Source: Rebecca billardiae RCC1528 (taxonomy: Eukaryota; Protista; Haptophyta). From it: a stretch of 64,000 nt of DNA. Positions within the stretch are counted from its first letter, which is position 1. Each line of letters opens with the position of its first letter. The stretch covers positions 4,402,001 through 4,466,000 of the forward strand of contig OZ251222.1 of assembly GCA_965240325.2 (NCBI GenBank), in the 5' to 3' direction. The translations under genes were made by a program, and so were the position numbers. The notes under the pieces are model-generated. The model did no database searches and was not told where the DNA came from. It saw only the letters and a list, made by a program, of their open reading frames with translations. Below are positions 43,607 to 55,743 of the stretch, in pieces.

Positions 43607-45426
43607 GCCGGCTGCTGCGCGGCCACGTTGCCGCGGCACGCGGCGTGGCTCGGCACTACTCGCTTCGAGTAGGCAACAAACTCCCGACGGCCCCAAGCAG
43701 CGTCCGGCCTCTCGGGCCAAACATGCCGTGCAGCGCCAGCTGGCTGCTCATAGCTCACGGCTGCGCTGAGCCGCGTTCGTGCCGCAGCCGACGCCGACTT
43801 GCCGTAAGTGCAGGCATCCAGAGACGGTGGCGGAGTGGGGTCGATGCCGGGGCGGATCACGCGACATGGGCCTACGGCGACATCAGAGCGGGTCGTCGCG
43901 GGTCCACGACCCGACAGTCCATGAGTTTGACTGAGTCGACTGTGACCGTGTGAGTCCAGCCACACTCCGCTACACTCTACAGTAGCTGTATAGAGTGACT
44001 TAACCGTCAATATATCGTCATCATGTCTGAGTGACTCATCGCATCCGCAACGGCAACAGCGGTGCATGTCCGCATGACCATGCCGCACTGGCTTGATGCG
44101 TTAGGCACCCGTACGCGGCTCCGGTCACTGTCCGGGACGTCCAGCAGGGGTGCATTCAGACTCTCTGGGGGGTCTGGGGCCCCCAGCCGATCGAAGGACC
44201 AAATACGCCTCAATAAGGCCCCAACTCGCCAGAATTCGCATAGCAGACCGTCGGTTCGCTGGTGTTGGCTGAGGGCTGCGTCGTGCGGCGTCGGCTCTGC
44301 GCCGGGCGGCCATGACGCATTACACACAGCCCCGATATCGGCGCCTCCCTCGCGAGTCAAGACGTAGCGCAGTGCAGGATCGAGCAACGCATTGACCGCT
44401 GCGGCGCACCGCGCAGGCCACGCCGCACCTCAGCACTCGCGAACAAGCTCTGAGCCAGCCAGCTGTGGCAGTCCTCTGAGGAGCTGCAGCCAAGCACGAG
44501 CTCGTGCGCATACCCGTGGCACCACGAGCTGACGGCGCGGCCCGGGGCGCGAGCAGCTAGAAGCCGACAAGCTCATGCGCACGCCCGCACCGCCGCGAGG
44601 TGTGGCCGCCGGCGCGAGCAGCTCGACGCGGATAGCGCGCAGCTTGCTCGAGTCGACGAGCAGCTTCTCGCCCATCGGTGACTCTCAGTGCACGAAGGTG
44701 CACCCGGGGCGCGAGCGCGACAGGGTGCCGCGGCCAACCAGGGGATGCGCCCGGATCAAGGCCTCCAAGGCGTCTCGTCTCCTCGCCCGCTCGGCGGAGC
44801 TCCATCGTGCGAGAGACCGGTCCGGGAGCCCAAAAAAAAGTTCAGCACGATGGAGTCCTCCGTGTTCGACTGTGACGACGCGTTCAAGGACAAAGAAACA
44901 TACGAAATCGTCTGCGGCTTCGGTTTTGAACCTGCGGCTTCGTCCGCCGCCGGCCCGGAGATCTTTCGATTGGTACCCTCATCGCTCCCTGGCTCCCAGG
45001 GGTTCGTCTAAATGCACCCCCCCCCCATAGGGTCAGTGGACGTCCCTGACTGTGGCTGGAGCCACGCCGCCTAACCGTTCCCGACGACTCAGTCGACTCA
45101 CGACGAGACTCTGACTTTACTGACTTAAACGGTTGAAAGCTGCTACTTAGTAGTTAGCCAGCAGACAGCAGTAGCGCAGAGCGCTACGCGGCCCGTGATA
45201 CTAATGCGGCCCGGCGTGGCGGATGGTCATGGATGTATGCACATATATTTCTGATGAGCGGCCATGGATTTCTAAAGTCATCATCGGACTCAGGACTGGT
45301 CGTCATCCGGAGGTCCCGACACGACTGGCATCACGGACTCACGGCGACCCGCTCAGCGGTGCTGCGGTGGCGGCCCCCGAGCCGGTGCGGCCGTGCGCCG
45401 GCCCGCCGGGCGCCCTCGCGGCCTGA

Positions 45427-46017
45427 TCAGTTGTAGAGGAACGGCAGGCCAGTGATCAGGTGGTCGAGCCCGTCAAAGCCCGGCGAGATCAGGTTCTGCG
45501 AGTCATGCCGGAGCAGCTCGAGGATGGCGAGCATGGCCAGGCGGCCGTGCTGCAGCTCCTGGACCTGACGCAGGCCGAGCGTCTCGGGGTCGAGGTCCTT
45601 CTTCCCAACCTCGAAGTCGCCCAGGACGCCGTAGTAGTCGACCGCACCGACGAGGAAGGTGATCTGGAGCCAGCCGAGCGCTGGAACAACCTCGAACGCC
45701 GCCACACCGTTCGGGATGTCTGCGAAGGGCAGGCCGGGCGCGATGTTCCCCGGCCAGCGGAAGATCTCGGGGACAATGTAGCCGAGTACGGCGAGCTGCG
45801 CGACGCGGCCGTGCTTAAGCTCGGCAAGGCGGTACTGCTCGAAGGTGGCCTCGTCAATGTTCGTAGCCAGCCCAGCGGGGTCCCAGAAGCCCACCGGCGG
45901 CAGCGCGCCCAGCTGCTGCTCCGGAGAGAACATGCTCACGGCAGCGCGACGCGTGACCGGGCCCTTCAGCGCCGGCGCGCTGAAGGCAAGAGCTGAGACG
46001 AGCATCTGCACGAGCAT
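45427..46017 (-). CDS. Chlorophyll a/c (fucoxanthin) light-harvesting protein, divergent subfamily
   Basis: SALAFSAP presequence, FWDPAGL, ELKHGRVAQLA, ELQHGRLAMLA. Confidence 0.95.
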   Translation of the reverse strand: MLVQMLVSALAFSAPALKGPVTRRAAVSMFSPEQQLGALPPVGFWDPAGLATNIDEATFEQYRLAELKHGRVAQLAVLGYIVPEIFRWPGNIAPGLPFADIPNGVAAFEVVPALGWLQITFLVGAVDYYGVLGDFEVGKKDLDPETLGLRQVQELQHGRLAMLAILELLRHDSQNLISPGFDGLDHLITGLPFLYN

Positions 46018-49000
46018 AGTTGCGGCGAGATGCGCCTGCGCGCGCGACGGGCGGGCGGTGCCAAGCGTCTCAGACGCTCGTTCCGGGACGCGCACAGTAG
46101 CGAGCGCCTGCGCGCGCACCTGGTCCTGGACTCCCTGCTTGCGAGCGGTGGAGACAAGATGCGATCGCGATCTACAGATCGTCGCGGCCGCGAAAGCCGC
46201 CACCGACTCGCTACTTTATCAGAGTATGGCCGCGTGGGTACGGTACCACATACTTCACTTTAGAAGAAATGCTTTTAAATTCCCCTTTATAACGGGCTCC
46301 GGGTGATCAGACTGGCGGCCGAAGCCTCCAGCCCTACCCTGGCCAGCCCCCAACCAACCACCACCCTCACCCAACCTCAAACCACTGACCGATACACCGA
46401 GTGCCTTGACACCACTCCGCTGTGGACAGCCCGCCTCCAGAGACCAGAGGGGGCGGGGGTATGCCATTGCCGACAGCATACAAGCCCAACACTGTGGGGT
46501 GGTCCCAGGTACCAGCAGTGCACTGCCTTGCAATTCGAGATCATCGAGTTTGAGCCGAGTCGGCAGACTGGGCACCCCCTAGGGCGCCCCAGTGTGGGCA
46601 GAGGGCCAGCCACTAGCCGATCCCTGCGCGGGGGAGGGGACGGAGGGGGCTGTCAGCGAGCCCAGTAGCTGGGCCGGGGTCTGGGCCACTGGTCCTGGCA
46701 GTGAGGCGCCTGTATTTCACTCGTGCTGCTATGGAGGCAGATGGTGTCATGTCAGACATGTGTGCGATATCGGGCATCAAGTCAGGGCGTGGGCCGCTGT
46801 AGGACGCAAGCAGAGTGGTGGCGATGGCTAATACGCCTGGGGAGGTGTCGTTTGCGCGCCTCTTTCTGCTGCTCTTTGCAGGGGGTTGCATACTTCGTTG
46901 CGCAGGCTGAGCCTGCCTGCCAGTTGGTGTTAGGATAGGCACATTTGCCTGGTGGGGTGGGCAGTGTCGTTTGGGCGGGGGGCTGTCTTGCTGAGCTTGA
47001 CTAGGAGGAGGCAGCCTGCGCCTGGGGGCTGCCAGTGTCTTGGCAGAGCCAGCAGGTGGCTGTGTGGCCTGCTGTCCAGTGTCTGACTGTGTAATGCCGT
47101 TGTGAGCTCCGTGACCAGTGACTGACTGTAGGGGGGCCAAAGTGGCACTGTAGCGTTACTGACGGCCACGAGCGCGGGTCCTAGCGAGTGTTTAGAGCTG
47201 ATTTCGGGCTGGATCATTTGCCCTCTGGAGGGGTCTGGGCCGGCCATGTAAAAAAATCAGGTGCACATACCCTGAATATAGGGCGTAACGGCTAGCATAT
47301 TTACTTATTAGAATGAGCCTGAACTTATTGGAAACGGCATATAACGGTCGTCCTATATGTGGCATATAGACCATGTCGACCTCACTTTGTTAGAGCATCT
47401 CAGCGAGATCGTTCTGAGTCCCCAGCAGCAGCAGGTCCCAACATGCGATATAGGCTGTGTACTGGCAGGCTGTCAAATATGTAGTTTCCTAGAAGCCACC
47501 GATCGTTACATACCCACTGTGTATATAGGCGCCATGCTGATGAATACAGCCTCATCTGATCTCGAGCTGCGAGATACGTTTTCAGACTGTGTATACGGCC
47601 ACGCGTACGGCGTATTGCAGACATATTAGACCCAAAGCACCGGCCCCACGTCCTCAGCCCGGGAGTGCTCTCGGTCATAGTCAAGGTTTAAAGTCACTCG
47701 AGCCAACCGTCACCGCTCCCTGGCCGAGACCTACGAGGCAGGTCAAATCTGTCGTCGTCGCAGTGCGGCACAGTGCCGAGCATGCGATTCGGCAGCAAAC
47801 GTCTGCTCCAGGCGGTGGCTGGCGTGTCTGCACCAAACCAGGCTGGATGGGATTGGTCCACATAGGTACGCACTACCCTGTTCCGCGCTAGTTCCGGGCT
47901 TAGGGGCGGATATTCGGCCTACAGAGGCTGATCCGGCGCTGTTCGGCGCTCCTGGCTGGCTGCGCGGAGCCCAACGTCAAGCGCCGGCGTGTGCAAGGTG
48001 TCAAGATTGAGACGGTCTCTGACGCTCCCGCCGGTCTTGGGCGCACCAGGGTGCATGAGGGCCCATCTGCATCTGCTTCTGCAGGCATGAGCGTCACAGG
48101 GGCGCGCTTGCAGGCACGGTCGAGTGCACGTCGGACCTGTCGAATGAGCCAACCGCTGCCTGCGAGCACGTCCGCGACGTCCTGAGAGGCGAATGGGAGG
48201 CGCCCAGACGCCATCAGAGGGCACATGTGACCCATACCCAACGTACTGACCATCGCAAGTGCCACGGCAGGTGCAAACACGGGCCCTACAAGCGGAACAT
48301 GACAGTTGCGAGCTCCGCGGAGGTGCTGTGCGCGAGCTCGCGCCGGTCTGCTGACGGCGATTCCGGCGCAGTAGGGCAGGTTAGGCGAGCTGGGCATTCA
48401 CAGACATACATGGACGATTGGTCCGAGCATCGATCTCATTGGTCCGAGTTGATCATGCGCCACACCGTGCGGTAGCGTAGCGGGCGTACGCAGCGCACCA
48501 ATTCAAGCCGGCCGACGCGCGCCGCGCACGGCGCGAGGTGGCCAAGAAGCGGGTGGTGAGCCGCTGGTGGCGCAAAGGCACGGGTCAGTAGCGCCCACCA
48601 GCGTCACGCGCGCGCGCACCCGAGACCATCTCGGCGTCTCAGAGGTCGCGAGCGCGCGGCGGTCCACTGCCTCCGGCCGCTCGTCTGGAGCGGAACCGAG
48701 CTCTGAGCGCCCGAAGGCGTCGGAGCTCGATTTTCGAGCGAGGTCCGAGAAAAAGGCTCCGCGCCACCCTAAAAGGCCGAGGGCGGAGCGAAAATGCGAC
48801 GCGACTTTGCTTTTCATTTTTAAATGGGCGGTTTGGCCCCCCTACGTCAGTGCGACTGCCCGCAGCAGGGTCTGCCTCAATCTCAGGGCCCAGGTCTACC
48901 CCCATGTTCATACGCGATCTACTGATATCTATCATAAGGGAGCCTTGAGGAGCCATCTGGAACCATAGTCTGTCGCTACCCGGCTCGCGCGAGAGATCGA

Positions 49001-49081
49001 GAGATCCCGAGACAAGCGCCCGGCCCGCTGAGTTGAGCCAGAGCAACTCCTGACCACCTGCCACAAGGGGGACGCTTCGCG

Positions 49082-49846
49082 ATGCAGCAGCAAGAAGGCG
49101 CGGTCGAGGCCGGGCAGGGCGCGCCGCCGCCCCAGGACGCGCCGAGGCAGCGGCCGGCGCCGTTCAACATCCCAGAGGCGGAGTACTGCTGCTGTTGCGC
49201 CAATTGCCCGCTCGACAAGGGTGCGCTCGGCGTGGCCGCCTTTGAGATCGCGTGGAACGTGATCGCCCTGCTGGTGTCGTTCGTGGGGATGAACATCCTG
49301 ATGCTGGTGTGGAGCGCGATCGCTCTGGTCTGCTCGAGCATTGGCGCGGTAGGCGCCTGCCAGCTCACGCCTTGCTACCTCAAAGTCTTCCTCTGGTGGA
49401 TGATCACCTACGGCTTTGTGGGATCCATCATCGTCATCATCGACGTGGCGTTGCTACCGTCGATCTGGCCGACGCTTCTCCTGTGGTTCCTCGTCATCCT
49501 GCCCGTACGCGCCGCGCCGGCGCCGCGCGTGCTCGCTGCCTGCCGCCCGTCGCTGTGCCGACCTCACGCGTCGTGTCCTTGTTTTCGCGCGCGCCGCTCC
49601 CAGATTCAAATCTACCTCACCTGGATTGTGTGGTCCACGCTCCGCAAGGTCGAGCGCGGCGAGATCTTCCTGCCCGCGTCCGCCGCCGTGGTGCAGGCGA
49701 CGCACGCATCCACGGCCATGCCCGCTGCCGTCCCCGCGCAGATTGTCACCGCCACGGTGGTGAGCTCGGCGCCGGCGTCCGCTCAGCCGACGGCAGGCGC
49801 GAGTGCGCAGCCGAGCGCGCCGCCACAGGCCAGTGCGCACGTGTGA
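49082..49846 (+). CDS. Small four-TM membrane protein with N-terminal Cys cluster; in-frame intron 49505..49603
   Basis: YCCCCANCPL followed by four hydrophobic segments; GTACGC...TCCCAG intron of 99 nt. Confidence 0.7.
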   Translation: MQQQEGAVEAGQGAPPPQDAPRQRPAPFNIPEAEYCCCCANCPLDKGALGVAAFEIAWNVIALLVSFVGMNILMLVWSAIALVCSSIGAVGACQLTPCYLKVFLWWMITYGFVGSIIVIIDVALLPSIWPTLLLWFLVILPVRAAPAPRVLAACRPSLCRPHASCPCFRARRSQIQIYLTWIVWSTLRKVERGEIFLPASAAVVQATHASTAMPAAVPAQIVTATVVSSAPASAQPTAGASAQPSAPPQASAHV

Positions 49847-50922
49847 TGCGCGATGCATGCCGCGCGTAGTGCCGCGCACATGCCGCCCCTCCGGCCGCGC
49901 GATGGCGGGCATCCTGAACGGCCGCAGCATCCACGCCGGCGGATCGGGCGCTGTTTCAGGACACGCGCGCTGACGTCCAATTAGCCCAATTGCCAACAGC
50001 TTATGGCAACCGCACGGGATGGCCTCGGATGGGGACCGATGACGCGATTCGGATGGCGTGCGTCCGAGGCGCTGTGCCCGAGGCAGCTCGCATCTCCCAC
50101 GGCGTGCCGTGCGGCACGGTGCTGAAGCTACGGCGCAGCCTCATCAGCAGCTAATGCCAGGTAGGCGCAGCCCGAATCAGCGACGCTCACGCCTGCGGCC
50201 GCCGCACGGGCCTTATGACCGGGCTGCTGCACGGGTCCGCTACCCCTCGCCGCCCTCGGACCGTGCCGTGACTTATAGTCGCGCAGGTCACCAGCGAGCG
50301 CCGCATATTATGATGATGACGCGAATCACCGCCGTAATTGAGTCGGTGTATTGAATTTAAATTCGTCGGCGGTTATTATCCGAGTCATCCTGGCCGACGG
50401 CTGCTGCGCTGAGTACGCAGCCAGTACGGCCCGTGCTTGGGCGCTACGGGCGGCGCCCGCTCATGAGTTCCATTCGTCGCGCGATGATTCCGCGATTCCG
50501 ACGATTCGACCGTCTACGAATGCCCGGATTCCAGAAGGCAGGCCGCAGGGCTCCGAGTCCGCCGCCCGGGGACGGTGTCTGCGGTGAGGAAGCCGCTGAG
50601 GCAGCGCCGGGCCCGCCGCCAGTCGGAGGGGCAGTGCCCGCGCACCCCCGCCGCCGATCAGCCGATCAGGCTCTTCTTCGTTGCGCCCTGCAGTTAGGCC
50701 ATGGACATCATATGCGATGATGCAGAGTGCGTGCTGGTAGTTGATACTTGCCGATTGAAGGCGGTTCGAGTCGCGTGCTGCCGGGCCGCGGTTCTGATAA
50801 GGTGTCCCTCCTCGGCGGCACAGCACGTTTGGCCGCGTCTCCGTGCGGCACGTCGTCTTGGTCGGGCCGCCGCTCGCCCTCGTCTCCCTGACTTGTCACA
50901 CGCCGCGCGGCCACCAGCGCCA

Positions 50923-53900
50923 TCACAGCGCGGTGCGCGCGCGCTGCGGGTCGCCCTTGTCGAAGAGCAGCTTGACCACGTGGCCGCGCTGGCGCGTCGC
51001 CGTGCGCGTGAGGCCGTGCGCCTGCGCACCGCGGCGGCAGAGCAGAGCGGAAGGGAGGGGCGTGTGTGCGTGAGAGAGAGAGGCGCAGGGCACACGGGGA
51101 GACGCGCGCACGCGCAATCGCGCCGCCGCCTCGCGCGCGCACCTGCAAGCTCCCGACAGCCGCGACAAAGCGAGCGAGCAGCGCGGGGTCGATGGGCGTG
51201 GCGCGCTCCGCCGCGCCATCCGCCGCCGCCGGAGCGGCGGCCGTCTCGGTGGCAGCGGCGGCGGCAAGGTCCTCTGCGCTGCCCGCGGCGCAGGCGCGCG
51301 CTCCGGGCGGCTGAGGCCCAACGGTCTGCCAGGGCAGCGTGAAGGGCGCGGGGCCGGTGCGCGCGCGCTTGGGCGCGCGCGCGGACGGCGGAGGCGCGGC
51401 GGCGCTGGCCGGCCCGCCGCCGCTGCGGTCGACCTCCGCCGCCTTGGCGGCCGAGCGGCTGCGGCCGCGCGCGCGCGCGGCTGCTGGCGGCGGCGGCGGC
51501 TCGCGCTTGCGGCGCGGTCCGAGCGCCGCGCGGACGCGAGCCTCGGCGTCCGCCTCCGCGTCCGCGCCCCCGCCCAGCAGCTCCACGCGCGCGCTGAAGT
51601 CGCAGAACCACTCGGCCAGGTTGAGCGCGCGCGCCTCCGCCTGCGCGTAGTACGCGTGCGCGAGCTGCAGGTCAGAGGCCGAGAGCTCCTCCGCCGAGAG
51701 GTCTCGCTTGTGCTCAGCGCGCGGCGCGTGTGCGACTGGGCTGGCGTGGCGGCCGAGCGCGCTCTCCGCCGCGGCCGCGGCCGCGCGCTGCGGCCGCGCG
51801 CGATGCGCCTCGCCGTCCGCCGCCGCCGCCACCGCCGCGGCGGCCGCGGCCGCGCCGGCCGCCGAGCGCGGCGCGGCGCTGAGCGACGGCGCCGCGGGCG
51901 GCCACGGGCGCGGCGCGCGCAGCCCGTCTGCCACCGCCTCGCGCACGCGTGGGCAGAGCTTGGCGCTGCGCAGCGCGCGCGCCTCGGCGGCGGGCTCGCC
52001 GCACGCGACCTCCCCCAGCGGCAGCGTGCGGCGCGGGCGCAGGCAGCCGCGGCACAGCGTGCCCAGCGCCTCGGCCAGGCTGTCCGCCAGCGAGGGCGGC
52101 GCGGCGGCGGTGGCACCGCCGCCACAGCCGCGGGCGGCGGCGCTGCCGCCGCCGGCGCCGGCCGCGGCACTCGCGTGCTGCGCGCTCGCGTGCTGAGCGT
52201 CGACGATGGGCGCGGCGAGCGCGGCGTGCCGCCGCTTCAGCGTGCCCCACCGCCGCTCGCTCGCGCCAGGCGGCGCGCCGGGCGCGCCGGGCGGCGGGGC
52301 GGCTGGCGCGGCGCCGCCGGCGTCGGCGTCGGCGGCGTCGGCGGCAGCGGCTGCGTGCGCGCTGGGCGCGGCCGAGGGCGTGGGCGCGGGCGCGTTGGCG
52401 CCGCCGCCCTCGGCAGGCAGCGTGGGCGCCTCCGCCGCCGCGGTGTCGCCCTCGATGCTTGCGCGCGCGCGCGCGCGCACGCCCTCCAGCTGCGCGCGCG
52501 CGCGCGCGAGCGCGTCGAGGGCTGCCATGCCGCCGGCCGCGCCGCCCTCCGCCCACGCGGGCCGCGCGCCCCGCGCCGGCCGCGCGCCGAGCGCGGGCAC
52601 TTGCGCGTCGATGGCGGCGAGCGCGGCGTCCGCCGCGGCGCACACGCTCTCCGGCGCGCGCGCCGCGCCCGCGCACGCGCCGCCGGCCGCGGCCGCGAGC
52701 GCGAGCAGGCTGCCGCCGCCGCCGCCCGCGCCACCGCCCCCGCCGCCCCCGCCCCCGCCGCGCGCGCCCAGCTCGGCGCGCGCGTGCGCCAGCAGTCGCT
52801 CCACGCCCAGCTCGCCCTCGAGCGCGGCGCCGTACAGCTCGCGCGCGCTGAGCTGCCAGCGCGCGGGCGCGGGCGCGGGCGCGCCGCCGGGCGCGCCGGC
52901 CGCGCCGCCCTCCGCGCCGCCCTCCGCGCCGCCGCCGCGCGCGCCCGCCGCCCCGCCCAGCGCGCCCACCGCCTCGCACAGCGCCGCGCCGGCCGCGCTG
53001 AACGCTCGCGCGTGCAGCTGTAGGCCCCAGACCCACTCGGCCGCGCGCGCGCGCAGCTCGGCGTCGGCGATCGGCGGGGGCGCGTGCGCCGCCGCGCCGC
53101 CGCCCGCCTCGCCGCCCTCCGCGCGCGCGCCCGCCCCCTCCAGCGCGCGGCGCACGCTGGGCAGCGCGCGCACGCACGCCACGTGCGCGCCGTCGAGCGC
53201 GGCGCACAGCTCGAGGCATTCGGCGCGGCAGCGGGGCGCGGCGGCGCTGAGGAAGGCGAGCGGCTGCGTCATGCAGTGGCGCAGCACGGCGTACGCGAGC
53301 TGCGCCTCGAAGGACGAGACGGAGAGGTGCTGCGCCAGGAACGCGTCGCGCAGCTCGGCGTACCCGCCCGGGCTCAGCTCGAGGCCGAGCATGCGCGCGC
53401 GCCCGCCGCCCGCCGCGGCCGCGTCCGCGGCCGCGTCGGCGTCGGCGCCCGCGTCCGCGCCGCGCGTGCAGCCGGCGTGGGCGGGCGCGCACACGGCGGC
53501 GCAGCCTTCGAAGAGCACGCGGCGCACGGCCTCGTCCAGGCAGCCCAGCGCGGGCTCGAGCCGGAAGCAGCGCGTGCGCACGCGCGCGAGCGCCCCGCGC
53601 GGCAGCGCGCGCGCGATCGCGTCCGCGGTCGTCGCGACCGCAGCGACGAGCGCGATGGGCAGCGCGGCCGCGTGCTCGGCGACGGCGCCGAGCAGGTCTT
53701 CGAGGGCGCGCGGGGGCACGAGCTCGGCGTCCGAGATCAGGATCACCAGCGGCTCCGGCGGGCCGCCGCCAGCCGCGGGCGCGTCGCGCGCCTGCAGCGC
53801 GTACCAGCGGCACAGCACGCGCAGGGTGCTCACCGCAGCGCCGCTCGGCCGCCCGGCCGCGCTCGCGTCGGCGGGCTTGCCGGCGGCGAGGAGGGCGGAG

Positions 53901-54523
53901 GCGGCGGCGCGGAGGGCGCTGTGCACGGTCTGGCACTGCGAGGCACCGAGGTGCACGGCGAAGCGCGTGAGCCGCGCGCCGCCCGTCAGGTGCGCGCACA
54001 GCCGGCGCAGCGCGTGGCCCTGGTCCTGCGCGTTGCACCGCGTCGCGACCACCGCGAGCGGCACCGCGCCCGCGGCGGGGCGGCAGGTGGAGAGGAAGTC
54101 GACGATGCCGGTGAACTCGCGCTCGTTCAGCGCGCCGACGATGCGCTCCGTCTGCGCGCGCACGGCCTCCACCTGCGTGCGGTACGCCGCCTCGCGCGCG
54201 CGCGCAAACGCCGGCGGCTCGCGCGCATGCGCCGGGGCAAACGCCATGGGGGGCGGGCGCACGGGCCGCCCGCCGCCTCGCGCGCCGCCCGAGGTGCCGC
54301 CCTCCTCGTCGCTCTCGCTCCCCTCGTCCTCGCTCGGAGGCTCGCGCCAGAAGCAGTGCTCCGTCACGCGGTCCGTGTCCAGCTGGCTCGCGCCGTGCGG
54401 CGTCGCAAAGACGGCCGCCGCTGCCGCCGCCTTGCGTCCGGCCGCTCGATCGTCGTCGCCGGCCGAGGACGGGGGCTGGCGCACGTGGGCGCTCTCGACA
54501 CGCGAGGCCGTCGCGGATGCCAT
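50923..54523 (-). CDS. ORC3: Origin recognition complex subunit 3; intron 51022..51142
   Basis: LVILISDAE...LPIALVAAVATT...TRCFRL, HCMTQPLAFL, winged helix LNLAEWFCDF and ARFVAAVGSLQ|AHGLTRTATRQRGHVVKLLF. Confidence 0.85.
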
Positions 54524-54965
54524 CGCGACGATGCCGGTGGCTGGCGTGGCTTGCTGCCGAGCGTCTCGGCGGGACCCGACGAGGGTGCGGCGTCCCCTTG
54601 CGGTGCTCCTGCGCACGTGCGCGGGCGCGAGCTCGCAAAGGCGCGCGAAGTGCGGGAGTCCGGGCGGAAAAGCGCGGGAAACTGGGTCGCGAGGTGTCCG
54701 GATTTGATCGGGTCGGCCGCCGCCTCGGCGGCGCGAAACGCCACGGACACGTACGGCGGCCGTGTCCGCGGCGCGCCTTTTCGGAGGGCAATGGCCGCAA
54801 TAGCTAAAGTTAATTAGATCCGGGCCATAGACGGTCGTGGTTTGCGGCAAAGGTGCGCGATCGCGACCGCGTCGTCCTCGCGCTTCACGCGCGCACTCGA
54901 CGCTGACTTGGCAGTGAACACGGCGCCACCTCGCGCGCTCCCGCCGCAGGTCTCGTTCCGTAGTC

Positions 54966-55743
54966 ATGTTCGCGCAGATCCTCGTCTCGGCACTCGCCTT
55001 CAACGGCCCGGCGCTCCGCTCGCCGACGTCGTCGGGCGTGCAGATGATGTTCAAGAAGGGCGCCGCCGCGCCCGCCGGCTTCGAGGCGCAGCTCGGCGCG
55101 CAGCCGCCGCTTGGCTTCATCGATCCGCTGAACCTGCTCGACGGCGCGGACCAGGAGCGCTTCGATCGCCTCCGCTACGTCGAGATCAAGCACGGCCGCA
55201 TCTCGATGCTCGCCGTGCTCGGCCACATCGTCACGGCGGCGGGCATCCGCCTCCCGGGCGACATCGCGTACGGCGTGCCCTTCGCGGACGTGCCGGCTGG
55301 CCTCGAGGCGCTCTCGGGTGCGCCGGCGGGCGGCCTGCTGCAGATCGTCCTCTTCATCGGCTTCCTTGAGCTGTACGTGATGAAGGTGCGCGCGCCGCGC
55401 TTGGGCTCTGCCGGCGCGCGCGCTGCTGCCGCACCGCCACCGCGCGCGCCAAGCGCGACCGCTGAACCCCGCCTGCTCGACCGTCCGCCCCTCGTGGCGT
55501 CGCGATGCGCAGGACATCCCGGGCACGGGCAACGAGTTCGTTGGCGACTTCCGCAACGGCTACATCGACTTCGGCTGGGACTCGTTCGACGAGGCGACCA
55601 AGCTGCAGAAGCGCGCGATCGAGCTGAACAACGGCCGCGCGGCGCAGATGGGCATCCTCGCGCTGATGGTGCACGAGAAGCTCGACAACGACCCGTACAT
55701 CATCAACTCGCTCCTCGGCGCGCCGGTGCCGTTCAACCCGTAA
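54966..55743 (+). CDS. Fucoxanthin-chlorophyll a/c binding protein (LHC); intron 55386..55512
   Basis: SALAFNGP presequence, FIDPLNL, EIKHGRISMLA, ELNNGRAAQMG. Confidence 0.96.

Noticed and set aside
47357-47629. Short ORF with VYIGAML, vaguely like the RT YxDD motif
   Set aside because: Catalytic aspartates are absent and there are no other RT motifs.
1396-54817. Many long Ala/Arg/Pro-rich ORFs overlapping real genes (for example 1396..3606, 10444..12798, 39363..41273, 51714..54800, 52206..54707)
   Set aside because: Antisense or off-frame shadows caused by stop-codon scarcity at very high GC; no motifs.
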